NCBI RefSeq assembly: GCF_006345805.1
Contig: NC_042997.1
Span: 20,088,001-20,152,000 of the forward strand
Length of the DNA: 64,000 nt
Reading direction: 5' to 3'
DNA from: Octopus sinensis
Lineage: Eukaryota
The notes below the pieces were generated by a model. The model saw only the letters and a list, made by a program, of their open reading frames with translations, made no database searches and had not been told where the DNA came from. This document shows, piece by piece, positions 52,510 to 64,000 of the stretch (its first letter is position 1; each line of letters starts with the position of its first letter). Made by a program: the position numbers and the translations under genes.

Positions 52510-52810
52510 GACCACAAGGTTTCCAGTTGATTCAGTCAACAGAGCAGCCTGTTCATGATGGAATTAATGTGCAAGTGGCTGAGCACTCCACAGACATGCT
52601 TAACCTTAAGACAGTTCTCAGAAAACTTTGTACGACACAGAATTTAACCATGTCAGCCCTTTGAATTACAAGTACAATTCATTTTTGTCAGCTGAGTGAG
52701 CTGGAGCAATAGGAAATAAAGTGCCTTGCTGAAGGATAAAACATACCACCTGGAATTGAATACATGACATTAAAATCTTTAGCTGAATACCCTAACCATT
52801 TAGCCACAAA
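52510..52810 (-). mobile_element. SINE family I
   Basis: Shares cagcctgctcgtgaaattaacgtgcaagtggctgagcactccacagac with 33790-33850, but has a different decayed tRNA-like head. Confidence 0.65.
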
Positions 52811-52841
52811 CCTACTTCCTGAAGCATTGACTTCCATATGT

Positions 52842-52996
52842 AAGGTGGCGAGCTGGCAGAAACGTTAGTACGATGGGTAAAATGCTTAGCGATAATTTGT
52901 CTGTCTCCACATTCTGAGTTCAACTTTGCCTTTCATCCTTTTGGGGCTCGATCCTCGATCTAATTGACTGACCCCCTCCCCCAAAATTTCAGGCCT
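52842..52996 (+). mobile_element. SINE family B with alternative tail
   Basis: Family B head; tail ccctcccccaaaatttcaggcct. Confidence 0.75.
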
Positions 52997-53715
52997 AGGC
53001 TGAGCTGTGGGAAACCGAGCCTCACTGCATTAAATTCCTCTTTTAGGCAGTGTATGATGTGCTTCCAAGCCCATCAAACCAACACACTTGTGTTCCAAGT
53101 GAAGAATCCTAGAACACATTCTCAGCTGCTGCACAGGAGCATTTGGAGAAGGACGGTACTGCTGGAGGTATGACCAAGTCCTTAAGACCATTACTGAAGC
53201 CATTAGTGCAGGACTTGTGTGGGCAAAGCAGTTCTGATCCTCCCAGAAAAATATCACCTTTGTCAGAGCTGGGGAACAGCCAACCCCTGCCAGAAAAACA
53301 TCCGTGGGCATCCTAACATCTGCAAGAGACTGGCAGCTACTGGTGGATCTTAAGAGTCAGCTGAAGTTACCTGGCCACATTGCAGGCGAACATACATTAT
53401 TCTTGTGTCTGAGTCCACCAAACAAGTGGTGCTGCTGGAGCTGACTGTCCCATGGGAAGATCACCTGGAAGAAGCTTTTGAGAGAAAACTCTCCAAGCAT
53501 GTGTGTCTGGTAAGTGACTACCAGTGGGCTGGTTGGAGAGTGAGGTGTCTCCCAGCAGAGGTTGGATGCAGGGATCTCACAAGCTGAGGTCTGATCAGCC
53601 CTACCTGAGTCACCTGGAGGGAGGGTGTATGGTGCTGAAAGACCCGAAACACCCGATGATACCAGGCACATCACTGAAGATGTATCCGGATGCATGAGTC
53701 ATTGATGTATGCACA
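52997..53715 (+). mobile_element. HERO/NeSL-like non-LTR element 3' end (zinc knuckle, restriction-like endonuclease, 3'UTR)
   Basis: ELWETEPHCIKFLF*AVYDVLPSPSN; LEHILSCC..FGEGRYCWRYDQVL; DWQLLVDLKSQLKLP; SESTKQVVLLELTVPWEDHLEEAFERKLSK; GWRVRCLPAEVGCR. Confidence 0.85.
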
Positions 53716-53767
53716 CAACATAAATAATGTTAAATACTGACTTTATTCATGTAAATACCTCTTCTTT

Positions 53768-54100
53768 GTGAAGGTGCATGGCTCAGTAGTCAGAGTGCTA
53801 GGCTCACAATCATGAGATAGCGAGTTTGATTCCTGAACCAGGCTGTGTGTTGTGTTCTTATGCAAGACACTTTATTTCATGTTGCTCCAGTTCACTCAGC
53901 TTTAGAAATGAGTTGCATCATCACTGGTAACAAGCTGTATCAGCCTTTGCCTTTTCCTTGAATAACATCGGTGGTGTGGAGAGGAGAGGCTGGTATGCAT
54001 GGGTGACTGCTGGTCTTCCATAATTAACCTTGCTTGGACTTGTGCCTCGGAGGGGAACTTTCTAGGAGCAATCCCATGGTCATTCACGAGTGGGGTTCAA
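53768..54100 (+). mobile_element. tRNA-derived SINE family H
   Basis: gtgaaggtgcatggctcagtagtcagag..gagtttgattcc head; ttgctccagttcactcagct body. Confidence 0.75.
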
Positions 54101-54984
54101 TTAACAGAATCACAATGAGTTTCAAATATTTTATTTAGCTATGATTGATTGAGATATGACACTGCACTGCACACCATAAAGTTACAAGTTCAAACCTTAT
54201 TATAGCATTTGTTCTGTTCCAGGCAAGGTGCATAATTATTCATGCCTTAATGTGCATGACTGATGAATGAGGCTGCATTTTTATTTCCATGCTTGAATAG
54301 AAAAGAGGAGGGTTATTCAGTTGTAGAAATAATTTCCCTAATAATAATTAAAATGTCAAAATTTGAAAATTCTATTGCACCGCTGTCCGTTGAAATATAA
54401 AAAAAAATTGTGAAATAAACTATAAGAAAACACAAATGAGACACAAAATAATTTCTTTTCAGAAATTCATTGATATAACTTGGTTAAATAAATTAATCTG
54501 TCATGCTAAGAAAATTTCATCTATAATAATTATTGCACCACCACCATCCCCTCAAAGACCACCACCACCATCACCATCACCATCACCACCACTACTACCA
54601 CTACCACCACATCTAACTCCCAACCATCAAAATATTATCATCATCATCGTTGCCGTCATCACCACAACCACGGCCACCATAACCACCACCACCACCACCA
54701 CCACCATTATCATCAGTATTAATTTTTATTATCAGTATCAACTTTCAGTAATATCTACTTGGTTGTTCTATGTGCAGCAGAGTCTGAGATGTACAATGCT
54801 CTGCTTGTGCATGCTGCATGACACTGCTGTTGTTAGCTAAATTATGTAAGCATTTCATTGCTCATGTCAGACAAGTCTGTTCACCATACCAATAGCGTGT
54901 ATGTATGTGCATGCGTACCATCATCATCATTTAAACCTCCAATTTTCCATGCTTGCATGGGTCGAGTGATGATAGTATGTCTGC

Positions 54985-54992
54985 ATGTATAT

Positions 54993-55035
<43 letters not shown>

Positions 55036-55167
55036 TATATATATATACAATATATATACATATATATATATATATACATATATAATATATATATATATAT
55101 ACATATATATACATATATAATATATATATATATATACATATATAATATATATATACATATATATATA

Positions 55168-55209
<42 letters not shown>

Positions 55210-55265
55210 ATATATATAATATATATATAATATATATATAGAGAGAGAGAGAAGGAGGGAGAGGA
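54985..55265. repeat. (TA)n-rich tract plus (GA)n
   Basis: Direct reading. Confidence 0.95.
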
Positions 55266-56324
55266 GAGAGACAGAGAGTTGCTGTCATCAGTTTCAGTGT
55301 GTATGTTTGTAACTGCAAGTTTTTATGACAAAGTCTAGGCAGTTGCCTATAATAATTATTATCAATAGAAATGTCTGTCGATTTCTTTCCAAAGAGAAAT
55401 TGCAGGATAACATATTGGATATGGTCTGTGGTTATATAAGAATAATTCTGTATTTTGAGATATAAAAGAAAAAAGAAACTGTTACCGTCTGACCTAACCA
55501 GAACCACTTCTATTAATTTTAGAGGAAACCTGAGGCAAAAAAAAACCAAAAAAAAAACCTTGGAAAGTAATTATCTTATATAATAGATTTTAATATCTAT
55601 CCGTTTATCTTAGCCTCATCATTTTACTTCCATCTTCCATATTCTTATGGGTTGGTCTGCTTGTCATGGTCTGGCCATCCTGTTCTGAGTCAGTTCTTAC
55701 CAGGAGTTATTGACCTCCTAGCTGGGTAGGGGTGGGGGTGGGGGAACCATATGCCCACACACACACACACACACATGAACATTCAGGCATTCAGATTATT
55801 CTGTCAAATGTAATGCTTATCTAATCAGATTGTTTTGAATTTATCATGCATTATTTTATTACTTATGGGAAATTTTGATGATGTGACAGTTTATTTTTAG
55901 GATGAAATTGTAGGGTAGGTGTGAAAAGTTCAATCAGGCCATTTTGAACAATAAGGCAGGTAGAATATTTTGGCCGGATATTTACTTGTATAGCATCTAC
56001 AAATTTTAAGAATGTTAGTGCCTATGTAGTTGCTTGACCTGCTAGAAATAGCAACCAAAATCTCCTTTGGATCAAATTCTACTGTCTTAAAACAAAAGCC
56101 AGATTGGACAATGCACCAAGATCATTAGAAAAATAAATGAGGTGGTCACAACTGAAACATCGTTAAATATATTTTCGTCAAGCTGCTCATATGGAACTCA
56201 GTTCAAATATTTTAATGGCAATCTCAAGCATGGTCACAACGTCTGGTTGAAACCAGTAAAAGAACAACGGAATTGTTAACCAAACATTTTTAAAATGTGA
56301 TTTCTTTTTGCAATTAGTAATTAC

Positions 56325-56720
56325 TCTTTTACTTGTTTCAGTCCTTTGACTGTGGCCATGCTGGAGCACCACCTTTAGTTGAGCAAATCGACCCCAGGAC
56401 TTATTCTTTGTAAGCCTAGTACTTATTCTATCAGTCTCTTTTGTTGAACCAGTAAGTTACGGGGATTTAAACACACCAGCATCGGTTGTCAAGCGAAGTT
56501 GGGAGGACAAATACAGACACACAAACATATACACACACATACATATATATACATACATATATACGACAGGCTTCTTTCAGTTTCCGTCTACCAAATCCAC
56601 CCACAAGGCTTTGGTCGACCTGAAGCTATAATTGAAGACACTTGCTCAAGGTGCCATGCAGTGGGACTGAACCCGGAACCATGTGGTTGGTAAGCAAGCT
56701 ACTTACCACACAGCCACTCT
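56325..56720 (-). mobile_element. SINE family A
   Basis: Reverse complement of family A. Confidence 0.85.
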
Positions 56721-57529
56721 AAAATGTTTAATTAATAGTATTTTTGCTTCACCTTAGATTAAATTTAGTCATATCAATATCGTGCATTTATTCTTCAGGG
56801 TCCTAACCACAGTTAAACTATGAAAATGTAAACATATTTTTATCACAAATAGATAAGGATATTGAAAATATACTATGTCAACTATCTCAACCAACCATAT
56901 GACAGAAAGTAACATTGGTATTATTCTTCAGAGACATTGTATATAAGAAGCCATGCACATTTAGTATATATTTGTTTCTAAATGAATAATAATTTTTGGG
57001 ATGAGGGAGATGAAATATTGTGATGTGCATGCTTCCTGGAAGTATCTGTAATGGAAGTAAAAAACGTCCCAGCCTTCATTTAACATCATTAATACTGGAT
57101 TTGCTGAATGGCAACAACAGTTATCAATGGTCCCATGACAGCAATGGCCTGAAGAAAGTGATGAATCAGTTTGCTACATAGAGTGGTCAAATCTCCTTCA
57201 GGTTATTCCCTTGTCCTTTTTAAAAGATAGAAACATTTTTAAGGAGACAGAGATGCATACATATACAAACACACACTCACACACACATACATAGAAAAAT
57301 ACACAAACACGGACATGCAAGCACATGAATATGCAGGATACATACAAACAGATGCACACACATACATATATACATATGCATATATTCACATATATACATA
57401 CATACACATGCATACATACATACACACATACATACATACATGCATGCATACATAGGTACACACACACGCACTGACCCACACACATGCGCACAAACAAACA
57501 AAAAGGAATGCAGTGTAAATAACAGACAG

Positions 57530-57669
57530 AGTCAAGACTATTGAAAAGGTTGCAAGATGCAACAAAAATTTTAGGAAAATAAAAGTAAGAAATAAGTGGA
57601 AATTTAACAGGTGAACGTGTTAAATTATAAGGCACAAAAAGAAAATGACTCTCCCCAGACACAACAGAA
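57530..57669. mobile_element. Solo arm of the 12734-13011 element
   Basis: agtc-aa-gactattgaaaaggttgc...ctctccccagacacaacagaa. Confidence 0.8.
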
Positions 57670-57945
57670 TATTTTTAAGGACTTAATTCTGGAAACAATA
57701 CCCAATAAAGATGCTGGTTGTGAAAGGACTACCAACCAAGCATTAAAATTTAAATCAGAACAACCATATACTTAGTTTTGAATTGGAAAATTTAATCTCT
57801 TATAAAGTTAAAGGCAAAGTCAACACTGGCAGATTTTGAATTCAGAATGTACAGAGTGATGAAATGCTGCTAAGCAGTTTGCTCAGTGTGCTAATAAGGA
57901 TTCTGCCAGCTCACCACCTTACGACTAAGAAATATTGCAATCAAA

Positions 57946-58525
57946 TACTAGAAAAGCATTCGGAAAGCACAGACCTCCACCAAGCAGCTCATTTCCACCC
58001 ATATACATGCATGCTGAAAATCGCCCAATTTCCCAAACCAATGCTGGCAAAAGCATAACCTCCTTGGTGGGAGTAAAAACAAAAATAACACAACCATATG
58101 ATTTAAAAGAAAACCTTTAAAAACAGGAACCATCCCAATAGTCAAGGCTTGTCAGATCATCTTCTGCAGACCTCCACCAAGCAGCTCATTTTAAGATAGA
58201 TACGCAAGTAAAGTTACTAACAGAGAAACGAAAATAAACTTTAGAAGCAGCAACGCCACCATAGGTTACGTGGAAGTGATGAACGTGTTTTCAAGGGAGA
58301 TAATCAAAGAACATAACATTGTAATACTTCATATAAAGTAAATATAACAGATGAAAAATCCTTCACGAATCCATAAAAATTCCTGGATCACTACCGTCAA
58401 TAGCAACTTTTCCTGCAAGCTTCATCAAATACCATTTGCAACTTTTTGAGTTATTTTGCACACAGATGGACAGATGGACAAACCAACGCTGATGGAAACA
58501 TAACCTCCTTCCTTGGCGGAGGTGA
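57946..58525. mobile_element. Two Helentron/HINE (DINE-1)-like units
   Basis: 5' subTIR gacctccaccaag at 57972 and 58169; 3' cataacctccttgg(c/t)gg(a)ggt at 58054 and 58499; (acagatgg)n near 58462. Confidence 0.6.
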
Positions 58526-61500
58526 TAAGAGATCAGAAAAGAAAAAAGTGTTGAAAAATCATGACAGCAAAAATTTAGACTGGTAAATTTATAGTTAAAA
58601 AGTGATAGTCCCAGTTAGTTCTTGAAACTGTTTTGAAAGCTATGTAACTGAATAAATGTATCAACACACCTATTCAAGTATCCATTTTGCAGGAAAAATT
58701 TTCATTTCTAATAAGACCAGTTTGTTAAAGGTACACTGAGTACATAAGGTATATTAGTATATATATATAAGTTGAAATCTGTAAAGAATAGAAGGCTTAC
58801 AAAAATCTATTGTGAAAAAGGGAAAGTGAGAAGAAATAATAAATAATAGTTAAATAAACAGATAGGTAAATGGTTAGATAGACAGATATATAGATAAATG
58901 TTAGGGTTTTACTTAGCTTTGTTTGACAAGGAATAGTTTCTGCTGGAGGAAAAAAAAATGTCTTTTGTTAGAGTGTAACTCTAAAGGAATCCCTGAAGGA
59001 TTCCAGATTCTAGAATGATAAATTTCTAAGAGATTATTTTGATATAATAAAAAAAAGCGTATTATTCATTGAAAGTCTGGTTTTGAATTAATGTTCCAGT
59101 TTTGTGTATGGTTTAAGCAAAATGAATTACATTATAATTTCTGTTATAATAAAAGAGGAGGAAGTTCTATGAAATTCTGCTAATAGAACAAGGTATGAAG
59201 TTTGAAGAAAAATATATCTTTTTGTAAAGAAAATTCGACACATTATCAAAATATAATGAAATATCCTTTTCATGGTTGATTTTTAGACCCTCCAGGCAAA
59301 TTGACTGTAGACAACACATTCCGCCTTAAAAGAAAATATATCAGTTTATAGCAAAAGCAATTCATTCATGTAAAGGTTTCCAAAGAAATAGAAAATGAAT
59401 TATATAAAATACAGTACTGAATGAAAACGTTGCATTGGTAATGGAAATGTAAAAGGAGGAATATTTTTAGAATAGAAAAAGGATCATTAATAGCAGAGAG
59501 ATACATTTATTATGTTACCAGGAACATTACTGAAAATTTTCACTTTATATGGCATTAGCAGGAGAAAAGTTTTCAAAATTATGATTGTTGTAAATTCATG
59601 AAATAATGAATAAGTTGTGAGGTTAAGTTATAAGAATAGGTAGGTAAGTTTTGAATAGGCAGGTAAGTTTTACAACATTAGACTTAGAATCGTATTAGCT
59701 TGAAATAACAGCTATATCAGAGGTGGATTAGCTTTCTAACATCAATAGAAATATCTACCAGTCATATTCTGAACTATAAATAAATGAACTAGTGAGAGAT
59801 AAAAGAAAATACTACATCAAAGCAAACTGTGTAATTTATCTTTGTGATATTTTCCTGAAAAGTATTTCTGTTTTGATTTTTATTGGTTTATTTCTTCTAC
59901 TGGGTAAACTATCACAAGTATGATGCATGCAAATAATTTCCTGGTGTTGATTGCAGAACTATACTTATTTTTGGCAATGTTGTCTTCAGTGATTTTAAAT
60001 AAATGGTATTTGTCACTTAATAGAACAGATCCAATAAATGGTTACTCCTCCCTCCTAAGGAGTCTGAATGGCTGGATTTTCCTTTATTCTGTTTGAGACT
60101 GCTTGTTGATTAGACTTTTAGTTGTAGGATTCTTTTTAGCCTTATAAGTTCATAAGTCAAATTGAGTGCTAGTTTTGATAACTGCAAATTTACTATGGGA
60201 CCTTTGACCTCAAAATTCTTCAGAAATATATAAACAAATAGAATTTTACGTGAGAATAATTATATACATCACTAAATACACTCAGAGAAGCATAAGAAAA
60301 TAAGAGTTGCATCAGGAGAACTGCTAACAACTAAATAATGGCATATAAAGAATCTGTTATTTGATAGTCTTAATAGTATTTTGAATGAATTAATGATAGC
60401 AGAAAAATTAATGTTATCACATCAAATGTGAGTAAAGTCTTTGAAACCCCAGAAAATATTAAAATATAAATGCTAAAGAATTTGGTTAGTTATTTATTTC
60501 AAATATTTTTGTTTATTGATGGAACAATCATTTTATATGAGCATACATGATGTTTTTTAATTTAGCTATCAAAATGTTTGTTTGACTATCATAACTTTTG
60601 TTTGGCTACCAAAGGATTTTGTTTTGATAGCAAAACATTTGTTTGGTTATCAAAACACTTGTTTGCCTATGAAAACATGTTTGGTTATCAAAACATTTAT
60701 TTGGGTGCAAATGGAAACTTCTATGGGCATAGCCAGGATTTTGATTGAGAGAGCTCTCAATTATTAAAATGGATCCACCATCAACCTTCTAAAATGCATT
60801 TGAATACACACGGATATGTATATTATAGTACATATTATATACACATATGTAGCATGGAAAGGAGCTGGTATTTAGGTTCCTCCAAACTTAACAGTTATAT
60901 ATGAGTCATCTATATCTAATTTAGACGTATATTTGCACCAGAAAAATGCAATTATTAACAGTTTAAGGCAACATTTATAATATTTTTTTGTGTTGTTTTG
61001 AATAAGTTTATTCTTCTGTTTTTATTATGTTGAAACCTAATGTTATATTTTTCTTTTAAAAGGAAAAGTTATGGAAAAAAGTCAAATAGATGGAGACCTT
61101 TCAGGCTGTGGTCTTTAGATTTAACTTAACCTATGCTATATCTTTTACGAAATGTAATTTATTGATTTTATGTGTAAGAAAATGAACACTTCTAGCCTTA
61201 AGTAAACTATAAAATTCTCCAGTTTAATTTTCTATGGTGTTTTATTTAAAAATGATATCTAATACTGCTTGAAAACAAAATATATTGGCATATTTTATAT
61301 GACACATAGAAATTGATTTTTGTTTCAATTCAGACAGTCTACCATTCAGAATCATTCCCCACAAAATTCTTCTTGGCCCGCTCTTATTGATTCTTCATGT
61401 TCCTTCTAGTGAAAGACCATTTGCCTTGAAGAAGCTCAGCAAGCTATCAGTATTGATTCCTGTCAAAGTTGTTCCAAACATAAATAATTCCAATATTCAG

Positions 61501-63034
61501 TCCAGTCTGAATAGCTAGGGCATTGTCAAATGAATTTAGAAAACTAGAAAAATTTAAACGTTTTATATGTGAGTGTCTATGTTCGTTTTTGCTCTAATGA
61601 CCTTCAGTTTTATGTAGGGTAAAAAAATCACCAGTCGCTATTTTTTATGTACCTGACAAAAATCAATACAACTGAACCAGATTATTTTTAGTGAGAAATA
61701 AGTAGAGAATAATGAATTCTATTATGTTTATATCAATTCAATTGGTTTAACTATTCTCTTATGTTATTAACTAATCAACATGAAATGAAAATGTTTACTC
61801 ATACTCAAGTTGATTTCTATAGTAATCTATATTGTATTGTATAGACGTAATTGAGTAGTTCATTTTAAACTGATTCAATATCAGTATAAATTACCACTGC
61901 TGGCAGTTTTAGTTATGTTTTTTCTGCTTTTTTTTTTGTAAAATTTTCCAAGACCAAAATTCTGATATCTAAAATACTAAATTGAATATTTTACTTTTGT
62001 ATTTGGTTTGAAAGTTTCTTGTGCAAACTTGTGTGTTGAAACATACTTTGTTACATCTCAGGAGGGTAAACTGAATTCATTTGTTCAGATTCATGTAGGT
62101 GTGATTTCAAGGAGATCTGGTTAAAATTTCTAGTATGTTGATTGACTGCATTCAATACTCCTCATTGGCTAATTGCTTGGGGTTATATAAAAGAAAGACC
62201 CCCATTCCACATTGTCAATATTTATTTTGTTAAGGGTTTATTTGTGTTATATTATTTATAAATGAAGCAATAATAAAAAATGTAAAAATATTCTGTATAT
62301 TTCCTTATGTCTGATTTTTTTTTTTTTGTTTTTAGTAAATTGAAAGAGAAAAATTTTAACAATTTTTTTTTTCTGAAAAGCCAAATGAATTTAGAATGAG
62401 ATGCTTTCCCCATTAAAGTCTGGAGTCATCTTCAGTGACTGAATTAAGAATAAATTAATCAGTAGCTTGATAGAATAAAGTTGCAGTTTGGTTCTCGAAT
62501 TTAATGTTATTATATTGGCAATATTTTGTTAGTATTTCTAATGGAAGTATTTTAATTTATGTACAGTCATGTATGCACACATATACATACTCAACTACAT
62601 TAATACACCAGAAAATTGTCTTTCTAACACTCTAACCCTGTGTTTATAGTATGTTTTGTTAATATTGATTTTTTTTACAAGTACAATGCACACACACACA
62701 CATATTTAGTAAGTAGTGTATTAAATTAAAATTACCACAGTATATTACTAGTATATATTTTCCTACACCATTAGAAATAGTTTTGTTAAACCAGTTCAAT
62801 GCAGTACCAGTTTGGTGAATTGGAGAGTTGCTATCCTATATTTTCACTATATGTATTAGTGTGTTCTAGTCAGTAGAGAAATAAGTGTTTTGAGATGTTT
62901 TTGAATTTCATTTCGAAATATGTGAAAGAGTGATTTTGGAAGGTAGTTTATTCAAAGTGTTCCATATTTTGTAATACAATTTTTGAGTCAAGTACGTCAA
63001 CACCAACATCAAAATAAAAATCAAATGGAAATTG

Positions 63035-63357
63035 TAGTTAAGATACCCATGCCAGTGGCATGTAAAAAACACCGTCTGAACGTGGCAGATGCCAGCGCTG
63101 TTGGACTGGCATGACATGTAAAAAGCACCAACTGATCATGGCCGTTTGCCAACCTCCCCTGGCCCCTGTGCTGGTGGCACGTAAAAAGCACCCACAACAC
63201 TCATGGAGTGGTTGGCATTAGGAAGGGCATCCAGCTGTAGAAACACTGCCAGATCAGACTGGAGCCTGGTGCAGCCTCCTGGCTTCCCAGACCCTGTTCG
63301 AACCATCCAACCCATGCTAGCATGGAAAACGGACATTAAACGATGATGATGATGAAT
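63035..63357 (+). mobile_element. Family C copy
   Basis: Body and (ATG)n tail. Confidence 0.85.
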
Positions 63358-63424
63358 TTGCCATAGAATCTTAGGATGAATACTACAGTAACTGGCCTGT
63401 CATTGGTATGCATATAATGGTTCT

Positions 63425-63846
63425 AAATTTTGGCACAGGAGTAAATCAGTTATATTGATCCCAGTGCTCAACTGGTACTTATTTTATTGACCCCTAAGGA
63501 ATGAAAAGCAAAATCAACCTCTGCAGAATTTGAACTCAGAACATGAAGGCAGATGAAATACCATTAACAATTGTGCCCAGCAGGTTAACTGTTCTGCCAG
63601 CTAGCTGTCTTAATGGTATGCATCAACTATTGTTTTCAAATTTTGGTATAAGGCTAATAGATTCAGGGAAAGGTGTAAGTCAATTACATCGACCCTAGTG
63701 TTCAGCTGGTACTTATTTCATTAAACTCCTAGAAGCTGAAAGGCAAAGGTGGCCTTAGTGGAATTTGAACCCAGAACATAAAGATTGACGAAATGCCCTT
63801 AAGCATTTTTCCTGTCATGCTAACGGTTCTGTCAGCTCACCACCTT
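63425..63846 (-). mobile_element. Two tandem older family B SINE copies
   Basis: Each has gaatttgaactcagaac and ttctgccagct on the + strand. Confidence 0.7.
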
Positions 63847-64000
63847 AGTGGTATGTGTATAATAAGCATGATACATAACAGGCTAATTTATCATGTATTG
63901 TTTTGCATAATTGTTGCATATTGATACTTCATAAATGTAATTATTTCTACTGTAGAAAGTCAGGAAATATAATAATTAAAATTTAGTTCTACAAAAACAA

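Noticed and set aside
10815-56720. tRNA-like sequences
   Set aside because: All are SINE heads: A/B boxes run into repeat bodies without a complete acceptor stem.
62160-62195. ATTGG and TATATAAAAG resembling a promoter
   Set aside because: Spacing too short, and such words are common in AT-rich DNA.

Overview
AT-rich eukaryotic DNA, intronic or intergenic, saturated with repeats. The SINE families and microsatellite load look like a coleoid cephalopod, probably Octopus; this is inferred from recalled repeat families, not from a search. No long protein-coding exon is recognisable, and most ORFs in the track are translations of microsatellites. The window holds about 40 SINE or LINE-tail copies in several families (labelled A, B, C, D, H, I here). 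Decayed autonomous elements include a mariner D,D34D, a maT-like C-terminus, a CR1 3' end, an RTE RT fragment, a HERO-like REL element and several Penelope-like (PLE) GIY-YIG fragments. Palindromic MITEs, a Helentron/HINE-like pair and kilobase mixed microsatellites are also present. The most unusual signal is at least seven hammerhead-ribozyme (HHR) motifs in four unrelated sequence families. Two pairs sit in head-to-head inverted duplications (29009-29430 and about 33460-34220), and one motif lies inside a tRNA-headed, TSD-flanked SINE (50624-50948). A few minus-strand exon candidates may belong to a host gene that I could not identify. All alignments, folds and coordinates were done by eye, so repeat boundaries are approximate.
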